DNA of 63,720 nt, counting the filler, from Octopus bimaculoides (Eukaryota), in the NCBI RefSeq assembly GCF_001194135.2. It is 8 parts of 6 records of this genome, joined end to end, with 100 filler letters (N's around TTAATTAATTAA, not from the genome) between each part and the next. Parts side by side here need not be neighbours in the genome. Positions count along the whole stretch, not along the records: positions 35,913 to 40,813 come from NC_068985.1; positions 40,914 to 54,159 come from NC_068986.1; 6 more parts are not named here. One strand, 5' to 3'. Positions 39,045 to 51,526 of this stretch are shown in pieces. The translations under genes were made by a program, and so were the position numbers. The notes under the pieces were generated by a model. The model saw only the letters and a list, made by a program, of their open reading frames with translations, was not told the origin of the DNA and ran no database searches. Each line of letters starts with the position of its first letter. The stretch's first letter is position 1.

Positions 39045-39550
39045 CTGTAAGTAAACATGATCACTCTACCGTGTCGGCCTTCATTTTAGGTGCAAAATAT
39101 ACTGCCACGTGACACTAACGCACGGACTCAGAGGGTGACGTACAGGAATTTCTAAGCTTAATCACGTGTTCATTTTCAACAAGCACTTGACAGAAAATAT
39201 TTAGAGCATTGATTGTTTAGTACTACCCCTAGACTTGTTCAATCAACCGTGTCACCCTTAACTTACGACGCTAAACATTGTCACTTGATACTAACACACG
39301 GACGTAGCGGGGAACCCACATAAGACCTGTCATGTGACTATCCTCTACCAATCGAACCTATTCAAAATATATACTAATTTGAGTCATGACCTCCCTATAG
39401 AAATAGTCAGAAGCAAGACAGCTGCGGACATAAGCCACGTCTTTCTATTTCAACCTATTAAAAATCAGTGTAAACTGCGAAACTAGTTAAATCTTTAAAT
39501 ATACTAATAAAGAATCTTAAATATTCCTAGTGAATTTTCAATTTCTATTG

Positions 39551-39555
<5 letters not shown>
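39045..39555 (+). mobile_element. Inverted pseudo-LTR/3' region of the PLE at 36860-38425
   Basis: 39417-39555 is the reverse complement of 36860-37005, and about 39045-39070 matches about 37165-37190. Confidence 0.8.
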
Positions 39556-39600
<45 letters not shown>

Positions 39601-40548
39601 GTGTAATGTATTTTTAGATATCTTTACATGTATCATGGCTGGAAATGACTTTCATAATAATATATTTTCGTGATCAAGGCTGAAATGTGTTATGAAAAAC
39701 AAAGTCCGCCAGCGTCAGCACCTAAACCAATAACAAATCAATGATTTATCAAATGACCTTGTCGATCATTTCTAGAATCTCGGTCATAGGTAGTCATTTT
39801 CAAGAATCGGGCCGCACGAAACATGACTCATCATCAGGTGCGCTGTAGTATAAAAAGGAAAAAAGCCAAGGTACCTTTTCGTTAGTCATGCATTTCAGAA
39901 AGTCCCGCAGGCAGCAGCTTGCCCGTGACTGTTCTCGGACCAACTACAAATAGGAATTAAATTTCCTTTAAATTATGCCATACCGTCCTAAAATTGTTGG
40001 TACACGTTGATTAACCTGGACAAGGATACGGTTTGTGTCATATAAGAAAATGGGTTGGTCACTGTTAGAACGTGTTCGATTAATGCCTTATTCGATCATG
40101 GTTGATTTGCAACTAAGCAACAGTAACAGTAAGAAGAACGTCAACAAGTTCGGCAACAAAGGTCAACCAACGAAATTGTCACAATAAAGTTTTCTGGGCC
40201 TGCTAGAAATAATTGCTCGATATTCCAAATTTGCAAAGGACGGACACAGTGAACAGAATGATCTTCGCTGTTCTATTTCTGAATCAAACACAGGATTATC
40301 ACAGATTGAGTTTCATTATATGACAGCGGATAAACGGCTGGACTGGCTTCACATCACGATAATTCTTTAAACAAATTCCTAAATATATTCATATAAGCAT
40401 CTGTAAGCTTTCCGTTTTATTCCTTGCATTTTCATTTCCATCTTCTTGTCTCGAATTTCTGATTCCTCCTCTGCTAGATTTATTTTACGTGAAATACATA
40501 GAGACAAACACTGATCGTATCATATGCATACATACATACATACATACA

Positions 40549-40582
<34 letters not shown>

Positions 40583-40711
40583 CATACATACACGTATGGA
40601 CAATTGCTGGTGAGAACAGTCCACAAGAAGTTATATTGGACAGAAAAAGGTATTTACGTTACATAAGTTAAATGTATGTGTACATATGTATATGTCTGTC
40701 TATCTATCTAC

Positions 40712-40751
<40 letters not shown>

Positions 40752-40757
40752 TTCTCG

Positions 40758-40788
<31 letters not shown>

Positions 40789-41974
40789 TATATATATATA
40801 TATATATATATATNNNNNNNNNNNNNNNNNNNNNNNNNNNNNNNNNNNNNNNNNNNNTTAATTAATTAANNNNNNNNNNNNNNNNNNNNNNNNNNNNNNN
40901 NNNNNNNNNNNNNTGTATAAGTGTGTATAATTATGTCACGGGAATCGTGATGCTAGTCTTGAATAAAGCTAAACCAAGAAACCTGAAGTGATTTACGATC
41001 TGTAGTCCTCGGTTAAGCAAATACCGGGCCATGATTACTTACATTGTGTGTCTATAGAGAATATAAATAAATTCGCCATTGTTCTCTCTATTCTTTAATT
41101 AGGCCTTGGGGAAGAGACTGTAAGCAAGACTATAGCAAACCCTCCGAGACCTGTTTGAGTGGTACCCTTAACTTCATATATAGTACGCACTAGGGATTTT
41201 GACCTTTAAATTTTGGGGAAAAAATGCGGATTATACTCGAGGATTTATGGTAAATAATCTAATTAGAAATGTCGTGAGAACAGCATTAACTCAACGACTA
41301 ATATATTAATCATGCTGGTAAGTACAGAATAGAAAAACGGGTACATTTCAGTCTTATTAGATCGCCTCAGCGAAACAGAATTTTTTTTTAGATTACACTC
41401 ATTGTCATAAAACCTCAGGATCGAATCACCACCGAAATCTAAAAACTACAAGCAAAGTAGATGCACCCATCTAGTTGAACAAAATTCAGCTAAATGGCAT
41501 ATGTAGTTGAACAACTGATAAGATTTGGGAAAAAAAGCAAAAAAAAAAAGCAAAACAAAAAGAAAAACCCCTGATGTGACACTCGTTCATTAGCTTTTGA
41601 TAGGTTAATTCAACTTCACATATATGGTCTAACGCAACAAATTCGAATTGTTCAACAAAATTTAACATTTTATAAAGGTTTGTATAAATAATTTTTTAAA
41701 GCAATTTATTGCGAATATATTCAATTTTCAAAATAAATTAGAATTCAATATTAGGAAGTGAATAAAAATATAAGAACGAATATAAAATCTCTTTTAGTTT
41801 ATTCTAAATGTGATTCGCATGTTTAGGATTTGTGTTTTAATCCAATATAATGAATTAATAAAAACTTAGAGTTAATTTTACGTAACAAACTTGGGCTCAG
41901 TAAACAATAACGTTGTTGAAGCATTTTGCGAGAGAACTAATATACACAGTCACTGGTGACACATAGGTGATATA

Positions 41975-42150
41975 TACGTGGTGGGGGAGGTACTAGAAAG
42001 TTCTTAGTTTTGGGTAAATGAAAATACAGGAGGATCAGTTAATTATGATTTTATTCAACATATTCTCTCAGATTCACACACTTATTGTAGCGGTCGTTCA
42101 GTTTTCTAAGCCCTGTAAAAGAATTCGGAAGGTTAGGCCTCCAACCAGGA
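41975..42150 (+). mobile_element. Mariner-derived MITE, partial
   Basis: Reverse complement of part of 50468-50683. A fragment also lies at 62705-62772. Confidence 0.75.
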
Positions 42151-42522
42151 ATTTCACAGTAGCCCCCGTACACACACACACATACACGCACATACGCAAG
42201 CACTCTCACACACAGAGTTTGTAAATAAGCTGATGTTTTAGATCTTAAGTGAAAGAGGATGGTGAAAGCTAAAGAGAAATCGACGAAACAAGTGTCTCGA
42301 AATTTGTTTAGAAGAAAGGTGTAAGGTATTGGTGACAGAGTACCAACATATAAAGTTTGACGTTTTTTTTTTGTTTTATTTTTGCAGGTTGGTAGTGGTA
42401 GTAATATACGAGAAAATTCATGAACATTTTTGTCAGATGCTGTTGATATAACACAAGAATGAAGAAAGACTGTCATAACTGACTTACATCCAATATTTCT
42501 AATCATAGCAGAGACATTCTCC

Positions 42523-43530
42523 TTACGAAGAATCTTCTAGTGTTGAATCTGTTGTGGAAGTACTATTGAAAATCTTTATATTGAATAATTCTTTAAAAAT
42601 TTTCAAAAATTCATTCCGGAAACGAGCATTTAACATACCATAAACAACAGGATTTAAAGAACTGTTTAGGATCCACAATCTTATGCCGATTTGTCGGAGT
42701 CTCTCAACTGGTAGCGATAATTTAATGTTTTCCAAAAGAGGATATGTTACGCCTAAAAGCAAAGAAGGGATAAAGCTTATCACAAATAATACAGTGATAC
42801 TTGCTATAATGTAATTAATACGACGACTTCTTCTCTTCTTTCCAGAAAATGTCCTCCGAAAATCTTCCTGATCGTTTTTCCGTAGTGAGATGCTCTTTTC
42901 CCTGAAGCGTTGTTTAGCCTTACGTCTAACTAAAACATACAGAACAGACATCACGACTAATATGATAATGTTAAAAATTAGTAATCCAATAAAGTAGTGT
43001 TGCAGTTTTGAATATGGTACAATGAACGTACAAATGGACAGTCCATTGTAGTCAATCCGGTCGAAATACAAAATTGGTGGTACAGATATCAAAATAGCAA
43101 TGATATTGATGGTGATAGCTGACATTTTGGCGTGACGTATTTCAAGTTGATATTTGTTGAACCGGCAAACTTTGTTGTATCGCTCCAGAGAAATGATCAA
43201 AAGAGTTAGTTCAGACGAAGTACAAGTAAAAAATACCATAAATTTATCCATCTTACAAAGTATATTGCTTGGATAGTCAAGGGTGTGTAATATAGATGTT
43301 AATTCGAGAGGGATACCAAATAAACAACTCAAACTATCATAGATAGCCAGGAAAAATATAAAAATATTCAGAGGTGATTTCCTAAAGCGAAATCCATAAA
43401 TATACAGAACAATCACGTTTCCGAAAACTCCTATAGGCATCATTATTATCAAGAATATCAAAGCAGGTCGTGTTGTATGTAAGGGATTTATCATGCTATC
43501 ATTTTGTGTCACGTTTTCTGTAAATGCCAT
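42523..43530 (-). CDS. Intronless class A GPCR (orphan, peptide-receptor-like), 335 aa; GPCR1
   Basis: Seven hydrophobic segments; GN (TM1), LAIYD (TM2), C3.25 with ECL2 Cys, ERY (TM3), SFIP (TM6), NPVVY and helix 8 FR; N-terminal N-glycosylation sequons. A minus-strand AATAAA lies at 42380-42375. Confidence 0.95.
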   Translation of the reverse strand: MAFTENVTQNDSMINPLHTTRPALIFLIIMMPIGVFGNVIVLYIYGFRFRKSPLNIFIFFLAIYDSLSCLFGIPLELTSILHTLDYPSNILCKMDKFMVFFTCTSSELTLLIISLERYNKVCRFNKYQLEIRHAKMSAITINIIAILISVPPILYFDRIDYNGLSICTFIVPYSKLQHYFIGLLIFNIIILVVMSVLYVLVRRKAKQRFREKSISLRKNDQEDFRRTFSGKKRRSRRINYIIASITVLFVISFIPSLLLGVTYPLLENIKLSLPVERLRQIGIRLWILNSSLNPVVYGMLNARFRNEFLKIFKELFNIKIFNSTSTTDSTLEDSS

Positions 43531-44263
43531 TATTTACAAAAAGGGAAAAGAAAAAAAATTTTTTTTTCAAGAATATTGAAATATATCAGTTATAAGAGAG
43601 AAACTAAATGCGAGCTTCTACAGAAACGTCTGTAACGGAGGCTGTAAGAAGTGTTTTTCAAACTAACGACCAAACAACTTTGCTTTAACAAAAGTTTCAG
43701 TAGGGATGGAAAATTAAATTATGAACAAACGCACATCCTGAAAAGATAAAACATATGTCAAAAGAAACGTTCAGATGAAATTGTATTCTTGTAAACAATG
43801 ACACATGAAAGCTAGATTTGTCATCTAATTTCCTGTTGCAGGAAATAAAACAAGCAGTGTTGATTACGAAGCAGTTACAGAATTAAATTTCGACAAAAAC
43901 ACAGGAGTGTTAAGACGTCAGTGTTTGTTTACATCAATTTTATGCACCATATCTTAGATCATAGAAAATTAAAATCCGGTGTTTTACTGACCACGGTTCG
44001 AAGAACAATCTGATATTGGTGGGGAGAATGATTGTTATATTTGAATTATTTTAAAATATATCAACAGAAGGTTTACAATTGAACGATAATTATACATCAA
44101 AAGTCTAATATATAATGAAGTTTAATGAAGAACAAAGGTGAGGATATTTCTTAAGTTGTATTTTGTTTCTTTGTTACTTATAAAAAAAAAAGAACAAATA
44201 AAATGGTATAAATTTACTTTTGATGATTAAATAAAAGAAAGCTTTATTATTTTCCTTGTCAGA

Positions 44264-44470
44264 CAAGGCGGCGAATTGGCAGAATTGTTAGCATAGCAGA
44301 CAAAATGCATAGCTGCATTTCTTCAAGCTCATTTTTTTCTGAATTCGTCTTTCTTTTTCATCATTTCGGCGTCGATAAAATAAGTGCCACTTGAGCACTG
44401 GGGTCTAGTAATCAACAAGTCCTCTATCCCCAAAATACAGGTCTTGAGCCTAAAGTAGAAATATCATTTT
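44264..44470 (+). mobile_element. SINE family D
   Basis: AAGGCGGCGAATTGGCAGAATTGTTAGC...GTCGATAAAATAAGTGCCA. Confidence 0.8.
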
Positions 44471-44704
44471 CTTGTAAGTGGTGTAATATTAGATGTCTTG
44501 TTTTGAATCCATATTCTATTGTCGCCAACTTCAGCTTTTCATACTTCTGGTATCGATAAAATATTTATTAGTTACTAGATCATCACACTCCCAAATTCGT
44601 AAACCTTGAATCGATGTTAGTAATTAATATTAGGTTATCTTCAATAATCTCTTGTTCCTGTTCATCTTGACAAGTCTGAGGTTACAATGCTGTTTGTGTA
44701 ATGG

Positions 44705-45658
44705 CTACTTTTGTAGACAAGTCAGGAAAATCTGACGGAAGCGACTGTTTAATAATCCATAGACAATGGGGTTTAATGCACCGTTAAAGTACCACATTCG
44801 ATAGCCCAGCTGTCTCAAAGATTCCATAACTTCTGTAAGTTTTACATCACTTCGTGGATAAGCAACTGTGAAAATTAGGCTAGGGATAAAACTAAATGCA
44901 AATAAGAACGTAATGCATATAAGAATTTTGTTTGTTTGTCTAATCTTTGTATAGGCTGTTAAGTTTTGTTGTTGCTCATTCATGTTATTCAAATTTAGAC
45001 TTGCTATATAGTTCGCATGTTTCCAAGCTGCCTTCCAAATGCGGTAATATAATAGAAGCATTATTATCAAAATGATTAAGTCGATTATGAGGTATATTAA
45101 GAAATAAGTTTGAAAAAATTTCTCATAAGCAGGTTTGAACATACAAACCTCAACAACTAAATTTGGCGAAATAGGAATTGCTATTTTATCGAAGAATATT
45201 GCACCGAATAACGCAATTACAATGGAAAGGAAACAAATTATCACAACCGTTATTTTAGCTTGTCGAATCGAAAGTTGTTGCTTATCATGACGGCAAACTA
45301 TATTATATCTCTCCACTGCTATCACAAACAAGGTTATAGCCGAAGTAATGCTACTGTAAAATATTAAAAATTTTTCTAGTTTACAAAGAATTCTGTTGGG
45401 ATACATCACAGGATAACACGAGCCGACTATTTCTAGGGGTATTCCGAAAAAGCAGCCAATCATGTCAAAAGCAGCCAAAGAAATTAGAAAAATATGAACA
45501 GGTAGTTTCAGAAAACGAAAGCCATAAATGTACAAAGCTATAGCATTGCCGAATACACCAATAAGCATCAAAATAGAGACAAGAATAATTGATGGTAGCA
45601 TAACAAGAAATATGTTAAAATTAATATCTTCGATTGTGGTGGTATTACTATAATTCAT
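44705..45658 (-). CDS. Intronless class A GPCR, 317 aa; GPCR2 (C-tail truncated)
   Basis: GN, LAAFD, CKLEK, VERY, SFIP and NPIVY motifs; close paralog of 51527-52522. The ATG abuts an N gap, so upstream context is unknown. Confidence 0.94.
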   Translation of the reverse strand: MNYSNTTTIEDINFNIFLVMLPSIILVSILMLIGVFGNAIALYIYGFRFLKLPVHIFLISLAAFDMIGCFFGIPLEIVGSCYPVMYPNRILCKLEKFLIFYSSITSAITLFVIAVERYNIVCRHDKQQLSIRQAKITVVIICFLSIVIALFGAIFFDKIAIPISPNLVVEVCMFKPAYEKFFQTYFLIYLIIDLIILIIMLLLYYRIWKAAWKHANYIASLNLNNMNEQQQNLTAYTKIRQTNKILICITFLFAFSFIPSLIFTVAYPRSDVKLTEVMESLRQLGYRMWYFNGALNPIVYGLLNSRFRQIFLTCLQK

Positions 45659-46317
45659 TNNNNNNNNNNNNNNNNNNNNNNNNNNNNNNNNNNNNNNNNN
45701 NNNNNNNNNNNNNNNNNNNNNNNNNNNNNNNNNNNNNNNNNNNNNNNNNNNNNNNNNNNAAGTGTTTCGTTAAGAAAATACTGGTGCCCCCGTTTTGAAC
45801 AAGATCCAGCTACGTTTGGGACAATGTCAGAGAAAAGGGAAAGAACAGAAAATTCCTGAAAATGTATGTATGTATGTATGTATGTATCTGTGAGTGTATG
45901 TGTGTTGGTGTGTGTGTGTGTGTGTGTGTGTAAGTATGAATGTATATAAAGATAAAAAGATTGGTAGAAAATGTTATCGTCTCTAGGCCAAACTAAACCA
46001 AATTCCTTCCAACGCATGACTGAGCTTGACCTTGGCTTGACCAATAGCATTTACCGAGGCACACACACACACACACACACGCACGCACGCTCACACATAC
46101 ATGCACGCACGCGCATGCACATTTCTACTTTTAAACTTATTTCAGTGAGGCATTGAAAAGTGGTCTTATTTTATGAAGCAAGTATGTTCCAAAATTTAAA
46201 TTTTGAATTTAGTTTTAACCATAAAATTACATCTCTCAATANNNNNNNNNNNNNNNNNNNNNAAATTTGGTCAGTATAGTTTACATAATTATTGCTGAAG
46301 TGAGTTTGAAACATCGG

Positions 46318-47553
46318 AGATCTGTTCAGTTTGGCGCACAGATTTTTTTGATTAATTTTTTTTTTAACTAAACAGTTTGAAACTTCGTGTACTGGTGGAA
46401 TTTCTCACGCAGAATACAGTTTACTTTGAACATTTTTGACAAAATTTTGTATTTTAGAAGTTATTTCGTGTTAAAGTTGTCGTATTTGGGTAATTTCAAC
46501 CAATCAACGACGTGTATTCAGTTGAAGAAAGCTACTGCTGTTTGCAATAATAATCGAAGAGGAACAACGTCCTGGTCATCTCTACTAAATGTCACCACTC
46601 TGTTCTATTCGTATGTCGAGCGAAGACGATGTTACCTTTATCCTTTCTTCCTTTCTAGTCAGCACCGTGCATTCCTCACTCTTTCCCTCCCTACTGGCAG
46701 ACAGCCAATAAATTTAGAGTGTGGCTTATAGAAAAGTCCGCCTAATATATGTGTACTTTTTTTATAAGTTTCAGGAGGAAAATAATTTGTGTATGGAGAT
46801 CAACTGATTCCACTGATTTTTTTTCAGAGGAAAGCTCGTTTAGTGTACATGAAAAACTACGGCTACAGTACATTGGTGTCTGGAAGAAAACAAAGCTTAT
46901 TTCTTTTGTTTTACCTTCATGTTTTGATAATGTTATTTTTAATCTAATAAAAACTTTTATATAGACGAAATGTGTTTGTTGTTGATTATAGTAAGATAAA
47001 ACCATAACAATACATCTCACAGTTGTAAAATAATGCATTTTGAAACTACATACACGTCAACAACAAAAAGCTAGCTGCGGACCCGTAGCTCTATATGTCT
47101 TTTAAACACCGGTGCGCTTTATGTGTGGATAAAACATTGATGCCAGGCAAACGAATAAATGTAGGTAAATAATATTTCTTCTTTCTTGGTGTTGATTCTT
47201 CGATGTTTACTGGTTACTCCGACGCGAGAACCAAAAAAAAAAAAAAAAGCATGTAATATGCAACACATGCCGTAAATAAAAAAATAAAATAGAACAGTGG
47301 TGACATTTAGTAGAGATGACTCGGAAGTTGTTCCTCTTCAATGACTATTGCAAACAGCAACAGCTTTCTTCAACTGAATACACGTCGTTGATTGGTTGAA
47401 ATTACCCAAATACGACAACTTTAACACGAAATAACTTCTAAAATATGTTCAAAGTAAACTATATTCTGCGCGAGAAATTCCACCAGTACACGAAGTTTCA
47501 AACTGTTTAGTTAAAAAAATTTTTTAATTCTGTGAGCCAAATTGAACAGATCC
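46318..47553. mobile_element. Non-autonomous Mutator-like element (MULE) with long TIRs
   Basis: TIRs at 46318-46609 and 47288-47553. 9-bp TSD AAACATCGG (46309-46317) / AAATATCGG (47554-47562). No transposase ORF inside. Confidence 0.82.
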
Positions 47554-49040
47554 AAATATCGGTGACATTTACTATTTTGAAGAAATTTTTTCTCTAATTT
47601 AACCCGATTGTGATTGCTGTAGCTAATGAAATATCTGGATAATTTTTAATGAAGGAGCTATAGTGAATATTTTAGGCTGAGTTTTTAGATTTAGTTGAGT
47701 TTCGTTAATTCATATTATGTACTGTTTTTCCATGATCCTATATCATTTAAATTTTGTTTCAATCCTGATCTTTCTGATATCTAAGGATGGATGTTTATGT
47801 GTGTGAGTTCTTTTTCAAATGTAACTCTAGAGAATTAAAGAAGCAAATTTATCTAATCTTGTTTACCCACTTTGCCCCGCCTGAATTTGTCTTCTGTATG
47901 CTGAAAGAAAATAGTGATAATTTTCTGAAATAGTGTTCTAAATATGTTGTAGCTTTTACTGCATTTATAGAAGGGCTTTACATCGCTGATATAGTTTGGC
48001 AAAGTAGTGAACATTTGTAAAAAGTACATTTGTGCCCAACCTCATTGTGTCTCACCTACTTCTACTGGAAACAGGAAAGGCAGACTTTCGGAAATAGCTG
48101 CTTGAATTTCCCCGTTTTTGTCAGTATTTTCTCACTTTTTTTCATGCATTGCAAAACAATGAAGGGAAGCAGTTTTAAGAGAAGAATTTTTTAAATCTAT
48201 GACTTTCAAATGCTGGTGTCTCCCCACCCCTCTCTCTCTCTCACCACACACAGACACACACACGCACGCACACACACAGACACACACACACACACACAAA
48301 CACACACACTCACACACATATTCATCATGCCTTTGGAACAGCAACAACCACAAAAGTGATTTGTTTTTCGTAAAGTTCTGTTGTTTTATCTTATTCTACA
48401 TTCTGAAACATTTGTAACTCGCATTAAAAGAAAGAAAAAATCTTCCCCCCCCCCCTCTTTCATTGTATTCTTCACAATGAGAGAAAAGTTAAACACCGCA
48501 AGTGGATGTGTGAAAAACGAAATTTGAATTTTGAAAAAGTGTATGTATAAAGCGACATTTTCAGTCATTTATTTAAACTTTATCTGCTAACTCATCAATT
48601 ATCCAGTTATTTGAAATAGATGGCTTTTGGGATCTTTTTTAAAACGGGGGCCACATTTTTCAAAGTGGTTTGCTTTATAGTACACATCAATATCTCTATA
48701 TCTAGTTTTACTTGGGTTCTGCTTTCTCCAAAAATTTTGTCTCACCACCCCAGAATCCTTAATACTGGATCTGCACCTGTAATTGTTTTAGGTTTGAACG
48801 AAGAAAGGATATGTTTGTTGAAGACAGATGTAATGTTTATTCACGTAGACGTTTAATAAATAGAATGAGCTATGAAATAAACTTAACAATTTAGGACATG
48901 AGTTCTTATACTCATCAATGAAAAGTCAAAAAGCAGTGATGTCGAAGTTTGTGAAACTGAAGAAACCAAGAAAAAGAATTGCAATGAAAACAGATCTGGC
49001 AATGGAGATGAGAATCGAAAACAGAGGAGAAGCAGGGTTA

Positions 49041-49074
<34 letters not shown>

Positions 49075-49082
49075 AATCTTTC

Positions 49083-49400
49083 TTTCATCGTTTACTCGCT
49101 TCAGTCACTGGATTTCGCCCATGCTTGGACATCGCCTTAAAGGATTGAGTCGATCAAATCGGCCATGGTTTTAAAAGCCTGATATTCATTCTATTTGTCT
49201 CCTTTACTGAATCGTAACAGAAGCAAAACAAACCAACACCGGTTGTCAAGCGGTGGTGGGAGACAAACACAACCTCAATCACACACACACACACATATAG
49301 AGGTTTTTTTTTCAGTTTCTGTCTATCAGATCTGTTCACATGGCTTCGGTCGGCCCAAGGCTATTGTAGAAGACACTTGGCCAAGATGTCGCGCAATGAC
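49083..49400 (-). mobile_element. SINE family A (diverged)
   Basis: GGTTGTCAAGCGGTGG and GGTCGGCCCAAGGCTATTGTAGAAGACACTTG segments. Confidence 0.8.
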
Positions 49401-50467
49401 CACACCTGCGCAAAATTTAAACCGAATAAAAGATACCGAAAAACTAAAAAAAATAGAAGAAAGATAGAAAGAAGAAAGAGTAAAAAAGCAAATAAAAAGA
49501 AATTCTGGAAATATGTAGATTGTTGGAGGAAATAAAACTGAACTGAAATAAAGGTAAATATAGATATAAAACTGACGAATAAAGTATATTTGACATGAAT
49601 AACGTTGTATATGTTATGATAAATATGCATATATATATATATATATACACATATACATACATGCATATATGCATTTGAGGTTACATAAATCACATTACCT
49701 ATCTGGCAAGCTTGCGTGTGTATATATATTATGATATTAAATTCTTAGGTTAACAGCGGAAAATAATGATACAATTTACGCACACACACATTCATATGTA
49801 GTGTGTGCCTTTGTGTGTGCGCATGCTGCGTGAATTTTTTAAATGTATATATGTACGTATGTATATATGTATGTAGTAAATGCTAGTTATATAATAAAAT
49901 GAAGGTTGCAGGGTAAAGAAACCGTAGTGGGAGTAATTTAAGAATCCGCGATAACTAGAGAAGGAGAAAGAAAATTGAACATAGAAGCAAAAATGGAGTT
50001 AGAGAAAGAAGTATATTACTTATAAAAGACTGAAAAATTATTAAAAAATTAAGACTTAATATATTTAAAATATAAGGGTTAATTTTATATGGTGAGCTAT
50101 GATAAGGGCTCAACGCTTATAAGAAGTAAATATATTGGATTCCTAAAATCCCTGTTTACCGGAGGGAATTAAATTTTTTACGACGATTAAATAATAGGAA
50201 ATTAGATAAATGGATTTCATGTTTCTGAAGTACATACCATACAGGGATTTAATAAGGATTGCAAGATTTTGATTTTAAAATTGAAGTAGCGAAATTTAAT
50301 GATTGGATAAAACTTAACGGAGGCTTGTTAGTTTTTCTGGGTATCAAAACGTATTCCCGCGTTGACTGACGCTGTTCTTGATATAGCTGGCTGTCAAATC
50401 AATGTAAGAAAGAGGTGTTCTATTGTTGTCGACTGTGTTAGAAACGGCTAATACTATTCCCTGATTA

Positions 50468-50683
50468 CGAAGAGGTATTGAAAATTTCCTGGCTTTAAAG
50501 GTATCACGAAAGGCCTGGCTGGAGGCCCAACCTTCCGAGTTCCTTTACAGTGCTTAGAAAAAACTGAAGGACCTCTGCTATAACTGTGTGAATCTGAAGG
50601 GAATATGTTGGATAAAATCATAACTAACCGATCCTCCTGTATTTTCTTTTACCCCAAGCCATGAACATTTCAGCACCCGTTCA
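50468..50683. mobile_element. Mariner-derived MITE
   Basis: TA-flanked imperfect TIRs CGAAGAGGTATTGAAAATTTCCTGGCTT / (reverse complement) TGAACGGGTGCTGAAATGTTCATGGCTT. Confidence 0.75.
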
Positions 50684-50740
50684 TAAATGTTTATGAGTAC
50701 AACACACACACACGTTCATATACATATACATAAACATATG

Positions 50741-51168
50741 GTAATCTTCCAGTATAGGGAGGTTAAAAAATAAGTAAATAAAAATACAAGGGAAATAGCT
50801 TACGTCTTACTAGTACCATCAGTACTACTCTGAAATATGTTTAGGTAATCTTCCAATATAGGGAGGTTTAAAAATAAGTAAATACAAGGGAAATAACTTA
50901 CGTCTTACTAGTATCATCTGTACTACTCTGAAATGTGTTTTTTCCCCCACTAAAACAGCATGCGACGGAAAATTTTCTTGTAATTTTTTTTTAATAACAA
51001 TTAGTTTTAAAAAAAAATTACAAGAAAAATTTCCGTCGCATGCTGTTTTAGTGGGGGAAAAAACACATTTCAGAGTAGTACAGATGATACTAGTAAGATG
51101 TAAGTTATTTCCCTTGTATTTACTTATTTTTAAACCTCCCTATATTGGAAGATTACCCAAACATATTT
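50741..51168. repeat. Near-perfect palindrome (arms 50833-50994 and 51007-51168) plus an about 100-bp tandem duplication of the left arm; foldback/MITE
   Basis: Arms are reverse complements with only a few mismatches and a 12-nt loop. 50741-50840 duplicates 50845-50940. Confidence 0.92.
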
Positions 51169-51526
51169 GTATATGTATATTTGATTGGAATGCAATTGAT
51201 CGCAGATAGTTGTGGTCGGAAAAAACAAACAAAAATAGACAAAACAAATTCCACCTCAAAAAAAAAAAAAAGTTGAAGTATCAATTACCTGCATTAACAA
51301 TTAATGAAATAATCAAATATTCGAAAATAGATTAAAGGAAAAATTATATATCAACAGTTTTTCAATCGCATACCACATTTAACGCGCGCGTTTGTATCTA
51401 TGTAAATGTAGTTTATCAATCAGTTCGATATTAAAACAATTGTCAAAACACAAACAACTGAAAACAAATGCATCTGATCTTACAGCTTCTTAACAAAGAA
51501 AGGTTTTCATAATCTCTTGCTTCTGT

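Noticed and set aside
42355-42390. Strong-looking plus-strand splice acceptor antisense to the GPCR1 3' UTR
   Set aside because: It is the complement of the A-rich poly(A)-signal region, and no coherent downstream exon was found.
48918-49045. KKPRKRIAMKT... possible Tigger/CENP-B N-terminus or exon
   Set aside because: Resemblance is weak, two frames are equally plausible and there is no supporting context.
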